DNA from: a bacterium
GTDB taxonomy: Bacteria; SAR324; NAC60-12
Length of the DNA stretch: 64,000 nt
NCBI GenBank assembly: GCA_965209155.1
Contig: OZ242383.1
Coordinates: forward strand, 2,496,001 to 2,560,000
Direction: 5' to 3'
Shown piece after piece: positions 1 to 9,641 of this stretch. The stretch's first letter is position 1. Each line of letters starts with the position of its first letter. The position numbers and the translations under genes are program-made. A model generated the notes under the pieces. It made no database searches, had not been told where the DNA came from, and saw nothing but the letters and a program-made list of their open reading frames with translations.

Positions 1-43
1 ATAAAACCCGTTTTGAAAATCATGGGCGCGTGAGAGCGTCATT

Positions 44-499
44 TTGTCATTTATTTTTTTAAAGAGTAGAAAAATCCCTAATGAATGGGCAACATACTTT
101 GGAATCGCGCCTTTTCTTGGGAACACCATCGTACCTGCTGAGGTGGGGGACGAGGCTATGAAAGACTGGAAGACTCATGTGGGGCTGGGGACAGGCCCGT
201 TTCATCTCGAGGACGTCGTGGAAGGCAGCTATGTATCTTACGTAAGGAATCCCAATTACTGGGACAGTTACGTATTCAATGACAAGAAATACGAGATTCC
301 GTTTATCGACCGCCTGGTAAAAACTCTAATACAGGATAAATCCTCCCAGGTCGCTGCGTTACGAACAGGGAAGATTGACGTGTATGATGCACTCGAAAAA
401 AAGTTCGTCGACTCGGTAAAAAGATCGGCTCCTGAAATAAAGATTAAAGAGAGAAATGAGGAATCTCTCGCTCAATCCCAGGAATTATCGGGGAGCTGA
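44..499 (+). pseudogene. Internal fragment of a family-5 ABC substrate-binding protein
   Basis: GTGPF...RNPNYWD...PFIDRL...AALRTGKIDV matches the middle of the intact SBP at 1261-3021; no signal peptide and stops early. Confidence 0.7.
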
Positions 500-595
500 A
501 GCCGTGAGCGAGGCTTCGTAAGTGTGAATAGGGGGAGGTTTATGTTTTGAAAAATAAATTAATGTAAACGTTAAGATATAACAGGGTGAAAAACT

Positions 596-975
596 GTGGA
601 AAAAGTAAAGTGGGGGATCATCGGTACAGGAACCATTGCCCAAGCTTTTTCGCAAGGAATCATGCAATCGCAAACCAGTGTCTTGACTGCCGTTGCAAGC
701 CGAAGCAATACGAAAGCAATCGCTTTCGTTGAAAAAACAAATGCCCCCAAACAAAAGCCTATGGAAATTATGATGCCTTGTTAGCTGACTCGGAGGTGGA
801 AGCGGTCTACATTATCGCTTTAGCCTACGTCTTAAGTCAACCTATTGAAGCCTTTGCCTTGATTGGACCTCGTTTCATTTCTGAAACTGCCAGTTCTTTT
901 GAAAGCTTGAAAATCCAACTAAGCCCTTCAGAGTTAAAGTGGCTGAATTTAGAGCAAAACGTGAGACCAAGTTGA
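596..975 (+). pseudogene. Decayed Gfo/Idh/MocA oxidoreductase N-terminus joined to an aldo/keto-reductase C-terminus
   Basis: WGIIGTGTIA Rossmann start; frameshift to LADSEVEAVYI; abrupt jump to IALAYVLSQP...ALIGPR...LSPSELKWL (AKR-like tail). Confidence 0.65.
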
Positions 976-1095
976 AAACAGTGGTAAGACAATGAGCAGA
1001 CAGAAGAATTGAGAGGCTCATGAAAGAGATGCGGAGATGATCTCCCTGATTATTGATTATTTTTTACGAATTCCGCATTTTTTTTTATTTGAGGG

Positions 1096-1124
1096 TTGAC
1101 ATTGCGAAGCATTGTGGCTAAAAC
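1096..1124 (+). promoter_or_regulatory. Sigma70-type promoter TTGACA-N17-TAAAAC
   Basis: Perfect -35, 17-bp spacer, upstream of the SBP gene; homologous copy near 51477. Confidence 0.6.
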
Positions 1125-1137
1125 GTGCTTTCACTAG

Positions 1138-1206
1138 GTTGTTTTAGTGAAAGAAGAGGGTTTCCGATCGATGGAACAATATCGTGGGAGGACTTGAAAC
1201 CGATCG
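1138..1206 (+). promoter_or_regulatory. Conserved leader module, copy 1 (candidate cis-regulatory RNA or 8-codon uORF)
   Basis: Differs from 51526-51593 at about 4 positions; CGATCG..CGATCG pairing; MEQYRGRT* at 1171-1197. Confidence 0.45.
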
Positions 1207-1260
1207 ATTGTCCCGGAAATTTTTATTAATGATTTTCAACTGCTTCAATTGGAGATAATT

Positions 1261-3021
1261 ATGAAAAAGATCAGGAAAAGAATAAAAAAATGGATGCGGG
1301 TTGGTGTGTTGGCAGCGATCGTCCTGGGGATGGGTCCGCTGGCTTCAGCCCAGGAAATGGTGGAAGACCCGGCTACCGGAATGATGGTGAGCAAGCCGGT
1401 CTATGGAGGAACCATCACCACGATGTTGTCTGCGGACATTCCGTACTGGGACACCTATCAAGGTTCCCTGGCAACCTTGATCACTTCCTACGTTTACGAA
1501 AAGTTAGCCTATGGCGATTGGGCGGCAGATCGCTCGGTGTTCCCTTTCACCAGTGACTACATTCCCTTCGATTCCTACCGGGGCCACCTGGCAGAGAGCT
1601 GGGAGCAGACTTCTCCCACGACCTTTACCGTCAAAATGCGCCAGGGGGTGCATTGGCAAAATAAAGCGCCTATGAATGGCCGGGAGTTGGTGGCGCAGGA
1701 CGTTGAGTTCAGCTATCACCGCATGACCGGTCTGGGCAGTGGTTTCACCGAGGCCAGCGGCACCGCCCCCACCTTTACCGGGATTCCCTGGAAATCGATC
1801 ACGGCCACCGATAATTACACCCTGGAGGTGGAACTCGAGGAAATCAACCTGGCCGCCTTGGGCGTTTTTCTCACCGAGAGTTACGAAGCGAGCTGGGTCC
1901 ATCCTCCCGAAGTGATCAAGGAGCACGGGGACCTGAGTGATTGGAAAAACTGGGTCGGGACGGGACCCTGGATGATCGAGGAGCATGTCAAGGACAGCCA
2001 TATCACCCTCAACAAGAACCCCGATTATTGGGCCCATGATGAAAAGTATCCGGAGCATAAGCTCCCTTATGCGGATTCCGTCGTTATTCGTTTCATTCCG
2101 GACCCTGCCACCCAGATCTCAGCGCTGCGTACCGGGAAGGTGGACCACCATTGGTTGGGCCTCAGCAGCACCCAGGTGGATGACCTGGAGGAAACGAATC
2201 CGGAAATCATCGTGCAAACAGTCGTCGCTTTTTCGGAAGCAGCCGGGTTGCGCCTGGATTTTGAACCGTTTAAGGACATCCGGGTGCGCAAGGCCATGCA
2301 ATTGGCCATTGACCTCGAGGCGATCAACGACAACCTCTATGGCGGCTTGGGAGATCCGAAACCCCAGGGCTCGATCGATGAAGTCGTCACCGGTTACTAT
2401 TACCCCTATGAGGAGTGGCCCCAGTGGTTGCGGGACGAGTATACCTACAACCCGGAGAAGGCCAGACAACTGATGGAGGAAGCCGGTTATCCCGATGGGT
2501 TTGAGGTGACCTACGATTTCACCAGTGAGAAAAACCCCTTCTTCGGCAATTCGGAGCTGTCGCAAATCCTGGCCGCCTACTGGAGTCAAATCGGGATCAA
2601 AACCAAGCTCAACCCGGTGGACACGGCTGCCTTCATGGCTGCCGTGAACAGCAAATCCTTCAGTCCGATACGGCATCAAGGATATACCTTCTTGTATCAA
2701 CCGGTGGGTATCCTGAATATCCATCACGTGGAAATCAGTCAATGGACCGTCAGTATGGCCGGCAAGGGGTCGCGGGATTTATATCCCGAGTATCATCTCC
2801 TGGTGGAGATGGCCGGGGCGGCCAAGACGATCGAAGAGCAAAAATTTATCGTCAGGGCTGCTGATAAGTATTCCGTCGAGCAGCATTGGATGGTCTGGGT
2901 GCCCCAGTTTCCCGATTTTGTGGCCTATCAACCCTGGCTCAAGGGCTTCAACGGAGAACGGCAACTCGGTGGCGGGTCCTTCGGAGCCTTTTCCAGCCGG
3001 GTTTGGGTCGATAAAAATTGA
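1261..3021 (+). CDS. ABC transporter substrate-binding protein, family 5 (DppA/OppA-like)
   Basis: Signal peptide, LAESWE, GTGPW, DIRVRKAMQLAID and YNPEKARQLMEEAGYPDG motifs. Confidence 0.9.
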   Translation: MKKIRKRIKKWMRVGVLAAIVLGMGPLASAQEMVEDPATGMMVSKPVYGGTITTMLSADIPYWDTYQGSLATLITSYVYEKLAYGDWAADRSVFPFTSDYIPFDSYRGHLAESWEQTSPTTFTVKMRQGVHWQNKAPMNGRELVAQDVEFSYHRMTGLGSGFTEASGTAPTFTGIPWKSITATDNYTLEVELEEINLAALGVFLTESYEASWVHPPEVIKEHGDLSDWKNWVGTGPWMIEEHVKDSHITLNKNPDYWAHDEKYPEHKLPYADSVVIRFIPDPATQISALRTGKVDHHWLGLSSTQVDDLEETNPEIIVQTVVAFSEAAGLRLDFEPFKDIRVRKAMQLAIDLEAINDNLYGGLGDPKPQGSIDEVVTGYYYPYEEWPQWLRDEYTYNPEKARQLMEEAGYPDGFEVTYDFTSEKNPFFGNSELSQILAAYWSQIGIKTKLNPVDTAAFMAAVNSKSFSPIRHQGYTFLYQPVGILNIHHVEISQWTVSMAGKGSRDLYPEYHLLVEMAGAAKTIEEQKFIVRAADKYSVEQHWMVWVPQFPDFVAYQPWLKGFNGERQLGGGSFGAFSSRVWVDKN

Positions 3022-3030
3022 TAGAATCAA

Positions 3031-3192
3031 CGTGAATCAGGAGTTAAAATACGTGTCATTCCTGGCTTGACCAGGAATCCAGGGGGAAGTGGGCAATATT
3101 TAGGATGCCGGATCATCTTGGTCCCGGACCTACATGACACATCATAAATTTTAAATTTTGATTTTATCAATTAAATTTCAACTCTTGATTCG
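3031..3192. mobile_element. MITE-like element with GAATCAGGAGTT...AACTC(C/T)TGATTC termini containing a REP palindrome
   Basis: Terminal inverted repeats; related copies at 9064-9421 and 37088-37564. Confidence 0.6.
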
Positions 3193-3356
3193 CTTAGAAT
3201 CAAAAACGTGACTTTGCGCAGTAAAAGGTTCCCTTGATCTTCGTGGGAACCTGGAAAATGGACGATCGAGGCGGGTCGAATAGAGCGCTCCTGCGCAAAG
3301 CGCGGCGCGCAACGATTGGAACGATAAAATACGAACTACCAAATTAGGAGAAAATT

Positions 3357-4304
3357 ATGAATATTGCTGGTTTGGGCAAGTCCCCCAATGCGGATGCGTT
3401 GGTAGAGGACATCTATAAATATGGATTGGAACGTCACATTGTGGAGTTGGATGCCTATGGCTTTACCCTCGTCCCCCCGGAGACGCTCCGCAGCCGGGAA
3501 GGATTCGTGGACGATTTGCGGGACGCGATCCTGCATGTCAGTGAGCGGCGCAACAACGTCCAATATGGCGACTATCGCACGGCAACGGAAGCCGTCGATT
3601 TCAATTCGAACAACTGGTGGCTTCTGGAAGAGGATGATGTCTTTGTGGAATCGATGTTGAATCCGGTGGTCCTGACCCTGGCCCGTTGGATGTGCGGCCG
3701 AAGCGCCGTCCTGACCGGGACCGCCTCGATCATCAAACCGCCGAAGCCTGCGGATGTGGAAAACACGGGCGATTATGACGACGTTTTCAAACACAGTCAC
3801 CTACCGCTTCACAATGACACCCATGCTTTTCCTCCTCCCTTGCCGGAGATGTGCCACTGGGTCAATACCAGTTGGATCCTGACCGATTACGCCACCCCGG
3901 AAGACGGCCCCACCGTCCTGGTGCCGGGGAGTCACCGCTTCGGGCGCGTGCCCCTCGACCACGAGACCAATTGGTGGGAGGAAACGAATCCTTACGAGGC
4001 AATACCTTTGCAGGCTCCCGCCGGTTCGCTCGCAGTGTGGCATGGATTCACCTGGCATGGGGCCATGATGCGCACCAAACCCGGGCTGCGGGTCAGCCTG
4101 GTGCTGGTTTGGGCCCGGGCCTTCATCAAACCGATCAACCAGTGGCGGGAAGACGGCATCTCCCCCGAACTGTTCGAACGCTATCCCGAACTGCATACCG
4201 CCCTCGGAATGGATTCGTTGTATCCTTCTCCGAAGAGTGGCGAGGCCCCGCTCATGGAACGGGTCCAACCCTTCATGCGGATCGGTCAGGACAAGTATGC
4301 CTGA
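3357..4304 (+). CDS. Phytanoyl-CoA dioxygenase family (Fe/2OG) protein
   Basis: LHND (HxD), GPTVLVPGSH, WHGFTWHG and a distal R. Confidence 0.85.
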   Translation: MNIAGLGKSPNADALVEDIYKYGLERHIVELDAYGFTLVPPETLRSREGFVDDLRDAILHVSERRNNVQYGDYRTATEAVDFNSNNWWLLEEDDVFVESMLNPVVLTLARWMCGRSAVLTGTASIIKPPKPADVENTGDYDDVFKHSHLPLHNDTHAFPPPLPEMCHWVNTSWILTDYATPEDGPTVLVPGSHRFGRVPLDHETNWWEETNPYEAIPLQAPAGSLAVWHGFTWHGAMMRTKPGLRVSLVLVWARAFIKPINQWREDGISPELFERYPELHTALGMDSLYPSPKSGEAPLMERVQPFMRIGQDKYA

Positions 4305-4381
4305 TTGGGACCGGGAGAAGGCGGAAGGGGATCATCAGGAAACGCCTTCTCCTCGCCCAGTGGCACCGCCTTTGAAATCAA

Positions 4382-5350
4382 ATGCGTACTTATATCATCC
4401 GACGATTATTGCTCATCATCCCCACCTTGTTGATTGTGACGATACTCGTCTTTTTCAGCATCCATTTCATTCCCGGCGACGTCATCGACATCATGATGGG
4501 TTCGACCGTCTCGCCCCAAGTGGGGGAGGCCGGAGTGACCCGGGAGTGGCTGGAGAAGAAGCTCGGCTTGGATGTCCCGATTCATGTTCAGTATAGCCGG
4601 TGGTTGGGGAAGATTCTCCTGCAAGGCGACCTGGGGACCACCCTCGTGTCGGAGGAACCCGTTTGGGAAAACTTCATCCGTCCGAGAATTCCGATATCCC
4701 TGGAACTGGGTTTCATCGCCCTGCTGATCCTCTTGCTCCTGGCGATTCCAATCGGTACCTATTCCGCGATACGGCAAAATACGCTCGGGGATTATGCAGG
4801 GCGCAGTCTGTCCATCTTCATGCTCTCCGTCCCGGAATTCTGGATAGCGACCATCGTCCTGGTTTATCCCGCCATCTATTTTGGCTGGTCACCCCCTATG
4901 CAATACGTTCCCTTTTTTGAAAACCCGCAGGAAAACCTGCTGATGTTCATCGTCCCTGCCGCGATTCTCGGCGCGGTGCATTCCGGTCCCCTGATGCGCC
5001 TGGTGCGGACGCTCGTGCTCGAAGTGCTCCGCCAGGACTACGTGCGCACTGCCTGGTCCAAGGGCTTGTCCGAGCGGATCGTGATTCTGAAACATGTCTT
5101 GAAGAATGCCATGATTCCGGTCCTCACCGTCATCGGGCTGCAAATTCCCTACTTGATCGGGGGGGCCGTTATCTTGGAGCAGATTTTTTTGCTCCCGGGA
5201 GTGGGCCGTCTCATCGTACAGGCGCTCCTGGATCGCGATTATGCCATTGTCGCCGGGGCCAACCTGGTGGTGGCGACAATGGTCGTGTTCATCAACCTGG
5301 CAGTCGACCTGACCTATGGCTACCTGGATCCCAGGATCCGGTATGGATAG
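4382..5350 (+). CDS. ABC transporter permease (DppB-like)
   Basis: YIIRRLL start, DYVRTAWSKGL EAA-like loop, LDPRIRY end. Confidence 0.9.
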   Translation: MRTYIIRRLLLIIPTLLIVTILVFFSIHFIPGDVIDIMMGSTVSPQVGEAGVTREWLEKKLGLDVPIHVQYSRWLGKILLQGDLGTTLVSEEPVWENFIRPRIPISLELGFIALLILLLLAIPIGTYSAIRQNTLGDYAGRSLSIFMLSVPEFWIATIVLVYPAIYFGWSPPMQYVPFFENPQENLLMFIVPAAILGAVHSGPLMRLVRTLVLEVLRQDYVRTAWSKGLSERIVILKHVLKNAMIPVLTVIGLQIPYLIGGAVILEQIFLLPGVGRLIVQALLDRDYAIVAGANLVVATMVVFINLAVDLTYGYLDPRIRYG

Positions 5351-5354
5351 GAAA

Positions 5355-5442
5355 GGGGTCAGGCTTGAAAGTTTGGAAAATGTGGTTTTTGAGAGAGATG
5401 ATTGATGATCGTGTAATATTCCAAACTTTCAAGCCTGACCCC
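5355..5442. mobile_element. GGGGTCAGGCTTG hairpin MITE
   Basis: About 25-bp terminal inverted repeats; six close copies in the window. Confidence 0.75.
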
Positions 5443-5511
5443 TATCCAAACAAAGGAGAGTCGTGCAGGAACCGACAACTGACAACTGACAACTGACAAC
5501 CGCTAATTGAA

Positions 5512-6456
5512 ATGACGCAATCTAAAACAGGGACGACGGCTCCGGCTGCGCCTGCCCGGAGGTCTCCCCTCTCGAATTTCTTTTATAGACTGGTCAGGGA
5601 GCAGCCCCTCGGGTTGATTGGGGGATTGATCGTCTTGCTCCTGCTCCTGGTGGGGATCTTTGCCAATCAACTGGCGCAGTATGGGGAAAATGAAATCGAC
5701 CTCTATGCCCGTTTGAAACCGCCCCATGCCGAGCATTGGCTGGGGACCGATAATTTAGGACGAGACCTCTACACGCGCATCGTCTACGGGGCGCGCATAT
5801 CCCTGGTGATCGGAGTCTCCGCGACGGCGGTTTCCCTCCTGGTCGCCTTGGTGATCGGCGGATTGAGCGGCTTTATCGGGGGGAAAACGGACTTGATCGT
5901 GCAGCGATTCGTGGACGCCTGGGTGGCTTTCCCGGTGTTGCTGATCCTGTTGACGGCAATGTCCATGCTCGGCAATGGTCAGTTGCAGATCATTATTGTG
6001 GTGGGAGTTACTTTTGGCGTCGGGGGCTCCCGCATCGTGCGCAGCACGGTGATTGGTTTGAAGGAGAACACCTACATCGAGGCCGCCCGGGCCACCGGGA
6101 CGCCGCTCCCCCGCATCCTGCTCCGGCACGTCCTGCCCAATATCATGCCCCCTCTGATCGTTATCTACACCGTGACGCTCGGCGGCGTAATCCTGACCGA
6201 AGCGGCGCTCAGTTTTCTCGGATTCGGACTGCCTCCCGATCGAGCGAGCTGGGGTGGGATGCTCAGCAACGAGGGAAGGCAGTATATGGAAAAAGCTCCG
6301 CACCTGGCCCTTTGGCCGGGTCTCAGCCTGGTCATAGTCGTTTTCGGAGTCAACCTCTTCGGTGATGCCTTGCGTGACCTGCTCGACCCCCGCTTGCGAG
6401 GCGGCGCGGGTCGTTACGGAGGCAAGCCCAAAATCAAGCGAAAACGAGGGCGCTAA
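5512..6456 (+). CDS. ABC transporter permease (DppC-like)
   Basis: HWLGTDNLGRD, YIEAARATG and GDALRDLLDPR motifs. Confidence 0.9.
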   Translation: MTQSKTGTTAPAAPARRSPLSNFFYRLVREQPLGLIGGLIVLLLLLVGIFANQLAQYGENEIDLYARLKPPHAEHWLGTDNLGRDLYTRIVYGARISLVIGVSATAVSLLVALVIGGLSGFIGGKTDLIVQRFVDAWVAFPVLLILLTAMSMLGNGQLQIIIVVGVTFGVGGSRIVRSTVIGLKENTYIEAARATGTPLPRILLRHVLPNIMPPLIVIYTVTLGGVILTEAALSFLGFGLPPDRASWGGMLSNEGRQYMEKAPHLALWPGLSLVIVVFGVNLFGDALRDLLDPRLRGGAGRYGGKPKIKRKRGR

Positions 6457-6482
6457 AACCGCCCCCTCGTCTTGACTGCGCA

Positions 6483-8105
6483 CTATCCCGCACGCTGCTG
6501 ATTGGCTTCGGCAAGTGAAAAGCCCGTGTAATTCACGCTTTTCAGCTCCGTGTATTCGTGCAAGCCACCAATCCCGAGCTCCCGTCCAACGCCTGAGCAA
6601 CCAAAGCCACCCCGTGAGACTGCCGGGTGCTCGGCCAGTAAGCCTTCACCCGTGGAGGTGGCATAGACCGCCCCCGCGCGGATGCGGTTGGCAACCCGCA
6701 TGGCCTTGGCCGGGTCGGAGGACATGACCGTTGAGGCCAGTCCGAAAGCGGTGGAGTTCGCTTCGAGCACCGCTTCTTGCTCAGTCGAGAATGAGCGCAC
6801 CGAAAGAACGGGACCAAAGACCTCTTTTTGCCAGACGTCGGCATCGCGCGGCACGCCGGTCAGCACCGTCGGCTGAATGTAGTACCCCCCTTCGGTTCCA
6901 ACACCTGCATCATCCGGAATGCCGCCCCCCGTGAGGACCTCGACTCCCGCCGCCTTCGCTTCATCGAGAAATCCCAGGACCTTCTTGTGTTGCGATTCGC
7001 AAACCACGGGCTGTACCACGTCCGTCATTCCCGCCTCCCAGGCCCGGTCACCGCGGTCTTTCTCCGAGATCGGATCGTTACAGTATGGCAGCTTCTCGAG
7101 TTCCTCCTTCAGCCTGTCCAATAGAGGGGTCTCCAGCCCTTTCTGGACCACGAGACGTGTGTGCGCGGTGCAGATCTGCCCGCCATTGGTGAGAAATCCC
7201 TTCATTGTGGTCTCGACGGCACGATCGAGATCCGTGTCGTCAAATACCACCAACGCCGACTTGCCCCCCAACTCCAGCGCGCATTGAGAAAGCTTCGGAG
7301 CGCAGGCCTCCATAATCTTGCTACCCGTCAGTGACGAGCCTGTGAAAGAGATCATCGAAACCGAGGGGGAGGCTGCCAGGGCCGCACCCGCGTCGCGATC
7401 CCCGGTGACGACGCTGAAGACACCGGCTGGAATGCCGGCGTCCTGCGCGAGCTTGCCGATGAACATGCAAGAAAGTCCGGCGATCTCGGAAGGCTTCAGG
7501 ATGGCGCAGTTGCCGGCGACCAAGGCTGGGGCTACTTTGCGAAATGCCACGTTCAAAGGGTAGTTCCAAGCGGAAATCAAGCCAATCACGCCGATGGGGT
7601 CGCGCCGGTAGACCACGTCCCACTCTGCAGGCGGCACCCCGCCCTTCCCGCCACCCGAATTAACAGGCGTGTTCTGCTCCGCATCGAGAACCGCCCCGAG
7701 TGAGCACCAGTACTGGCCCTCGGCCGCACCGCCGCCGATGGCCATGGCTGCTTGACGGAAGGGCTTTCCGACGTCCGCGGCCTCGATCTCGGCCAGCATC
7801 TCGATGTTGTCCTTGATACCCTGTGCCATCCTGGCAACCATCTCGGCGCGCTCGGCCGCGGCCATGTTCGCCCACGTCCCCTCAGCCCAGGCCGCCTCTG
7901 CCGCCGCAATGGCGGCCTCGACGTCGTTGGCTCTACCTCTTGGGAATTCGTGTAAAAGCTCGCCCGTGGCAGGGTAAAACGTGGGGAACTTCTCGCCGTC
8001 AATCGGGTCGACGAACTCGCCGCCGATGTAGAGCTTATTGAAGCATTCGGCGGCAAGGTGGGTTTGGACCCTGGCTAAGGACGTCGTTTTGCTGTTTTGT
8101 TCCAT
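6483..8105 (-). CDS. NAD-dependent aldehyde dehydrogenase (betaine/aminoaldehyde dehydrogenase-like)
   Basis: WNYPL, FTGS, LELGGKS, catalytic GQIC and EVFGPV motifs. Confidence 0.9.
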   Translation of the reverse strand: MEQNSKTTSLARVQTHLAAECFNKLYIGGEFVDPIDGEKFPTFYPATGELLHEFPRGRANDVEAAIAAAEAAWAEGTWANMAAAERAEMVARMAQGIKDNIEMLAEIEAADVGKPFRQAAMAIGGGAAEGQYWCSLGAVLDAEQNTPVNSGGGKGGVPPAEWDVVYRRDPIGVIGLISAWNYPLNVAFRKVAPALVAGNCAILKPSEIAGLSCMFIGKLAQDAGIPAGVFSVVTGDRDAGAALAASPSVSMISFTGSSLTGSKIMEACAPKLSQCALELGGKSALVVFDDTDLDRAVETTMKGFLTNGGQICTAHTRLVVQKGLETPLLDRLKEELEKLPYCNDPISEKDRGDRAWEAGMTDVVQPVVCESQHKKVLGFLDEAKAAGVEVLTGGGIPDDAGVGTEGGYYIQPTVLTGVPRDADVWQKEVFGPVLSVRSFSTEQEAVLEANSTAFGLASTVMSSDPAKAMRVANRIRAGAVYATSTGEGLLAEHPAVSRGGFGCSGVGRELGIGGLHEYTELKSVNYTGFSLAEANQQRAG

Positions 8106-8353
8106 TTTAACCTCTATATTTATATTTAGGATTCAAAAATCGATATTCACGCATATTAAAATATCAAAAAAACCGATCCATTGGCCCGGAATCGGGCAAT
8201 GAATCATCATATTTGGACTCATTGACCCGCGATTGAGCGATGAACCAGTTGACCGGAATACTTTGACACACTTCCCCTGCACCTGTCAATCCAAAAATCA
8301 ATTTATGAACTGAGACCAATATATTTAACTCATGTCAGGTGTATGGAACTTGC

Positions 8354-8930
8354 GGAAGAGAGGCACAAAGGCACAAAGGAAGAGAGGCACAAAGGAAGAG
8401 AGGCACAAAGGCACAAAGGCACAAAGGCACAAAGGCACAAAGGCACAAAGGCACAAAGGCACAAAGGAAGAGAGGCACAAAGGCACAAAGGTACAAAGGC
8501 ACAAAGGCACAAAGGCACAAAGGCACAAAGGCACAAAGGAAGAGAGGCACAAAGGCACAAAGGTACAAAGGCACAAAGGCACAAAGGCACAAAGGAAGAG
8601 AGGCACAAAGGCACAAAGGTACAAAGGCACAAAGGTACAAAGGTACAAAGGCGTCAAGGAGACGTGTGAAGGAACTGATAACCGATAACTGGCGCCACGG
8701 CGCCAAAGCATTCTGGATTCCTGGTCTGGGCCAGGAATGACATTTTTCCGGCCAGTCACAAAGACACCAAAGCACCAAGGAGACGCGTGAAGGAACTGCA
8801 TACCGATAACTGATAACTGAAAACCGATAACTGATAATTGATAACCGATAACTGGCGCCACGGCGCCAAAGCATTCTGGATTCCTGGTCTGGGCCAGGAA
8901 TGACATTTTTCCGGCCAGACGCCAAGGAGA
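8354..8930. repeat. Composite array: (AAAGGCAC)n, linker, (ATAAC[T/C]G)n, GCGCC palindrome, REP
   Basis: About 300 bp of octamer followed by two heptamer/REP blocks. Confidence 0.95.
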
Positions 8931-9063
8931 AAAGATTTTTTGTTGCCTTCTATTTGGAAATGCGGTATCCTTTCCCTGTAGGTTTTCTACCTGTGGGCAG
9001 TGTTGGACTTTGTGAAAAAATTGATACTGCCCACTGAAATTTATTACTTTTATTCCAAGAGTG

Positions 9064-9421
9064 CGTGAATCAGGAGTTAAAAAACGTGTCATTCCTGGCC
9101 CAGACCAGGAATCCAGGATGACACATCATAATTAACCTGAGTTCGAGAAAAGAATTTAATAAATTCTATATTTTATGGAATCTTCATATCTTAAGAGAAA
9201 CCTTGTCATTCCTGCGAAAGCAGGAATCCAGAGGTATGCAGTCAAACTGAAATCCGGATCCCTGCTCCCTGCTCCCTGCTTTCGCAGGGACAAGTTGAGC
9301 AGGGACAAGTTTCGCGAGGTTGACATATACACCAGGATACTCCTTATTGAAGATTTATGTCGAACTCAGGTTAATCATTAAATTATTGATTTTATAAATT
9401 AAATTTCAACTCCTGATTCGC
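9064..9421. mobile_element. Nested MITEs: GAATCAGGAGTT-type element containing a CCTGAGTTCGA-ended element (9136-9370, flanked by TTAA)
   Basis: Outer TIRs match 3031-3192; inner TIR CCTGAGTTCGA/TCGAACTCAGG; the insert is absent from the 3031 copy. Confidence 0.65.
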
Positions 9422-9641
9422 ATCGAGAGTGAGCGTTCAAAGCTCATCTCAGGGAAAAATCTATTTGAATTTTCAGAGGAATGCTTAATCCCGAAAGATT
9501 AAGCGAAGCAGAAGGATTCTGCGCACATCATTTTTGAGGAAATCCGTCGCAATGGGCAATCGTAGAGTGATAACGAATAGGTCGGAATCGCGTCTCTACT
9601 GATGAGATTTCACGGAGTTTCTCACAAGCAAAGGAGAAGAG

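Noticed and set aside
8325..9092. ORFs reading LCLCAFVP / HKGTKAQR here and near 24.2, 25, 30.3, 32.4-33.4, 34.1, 53.3, 56.6-57.7 and 61 kb
   Set aside because: They are translations of the stop-free AAAGGCAC octamer, open in several frames on both strands, with no credible gene signals
9540..9625. Hammerhead ribozyme suggested by CTGATGAG at 9599
   Set aside because: No correctly placed GAAA or NUH cleavage triplet in the permutations I could build
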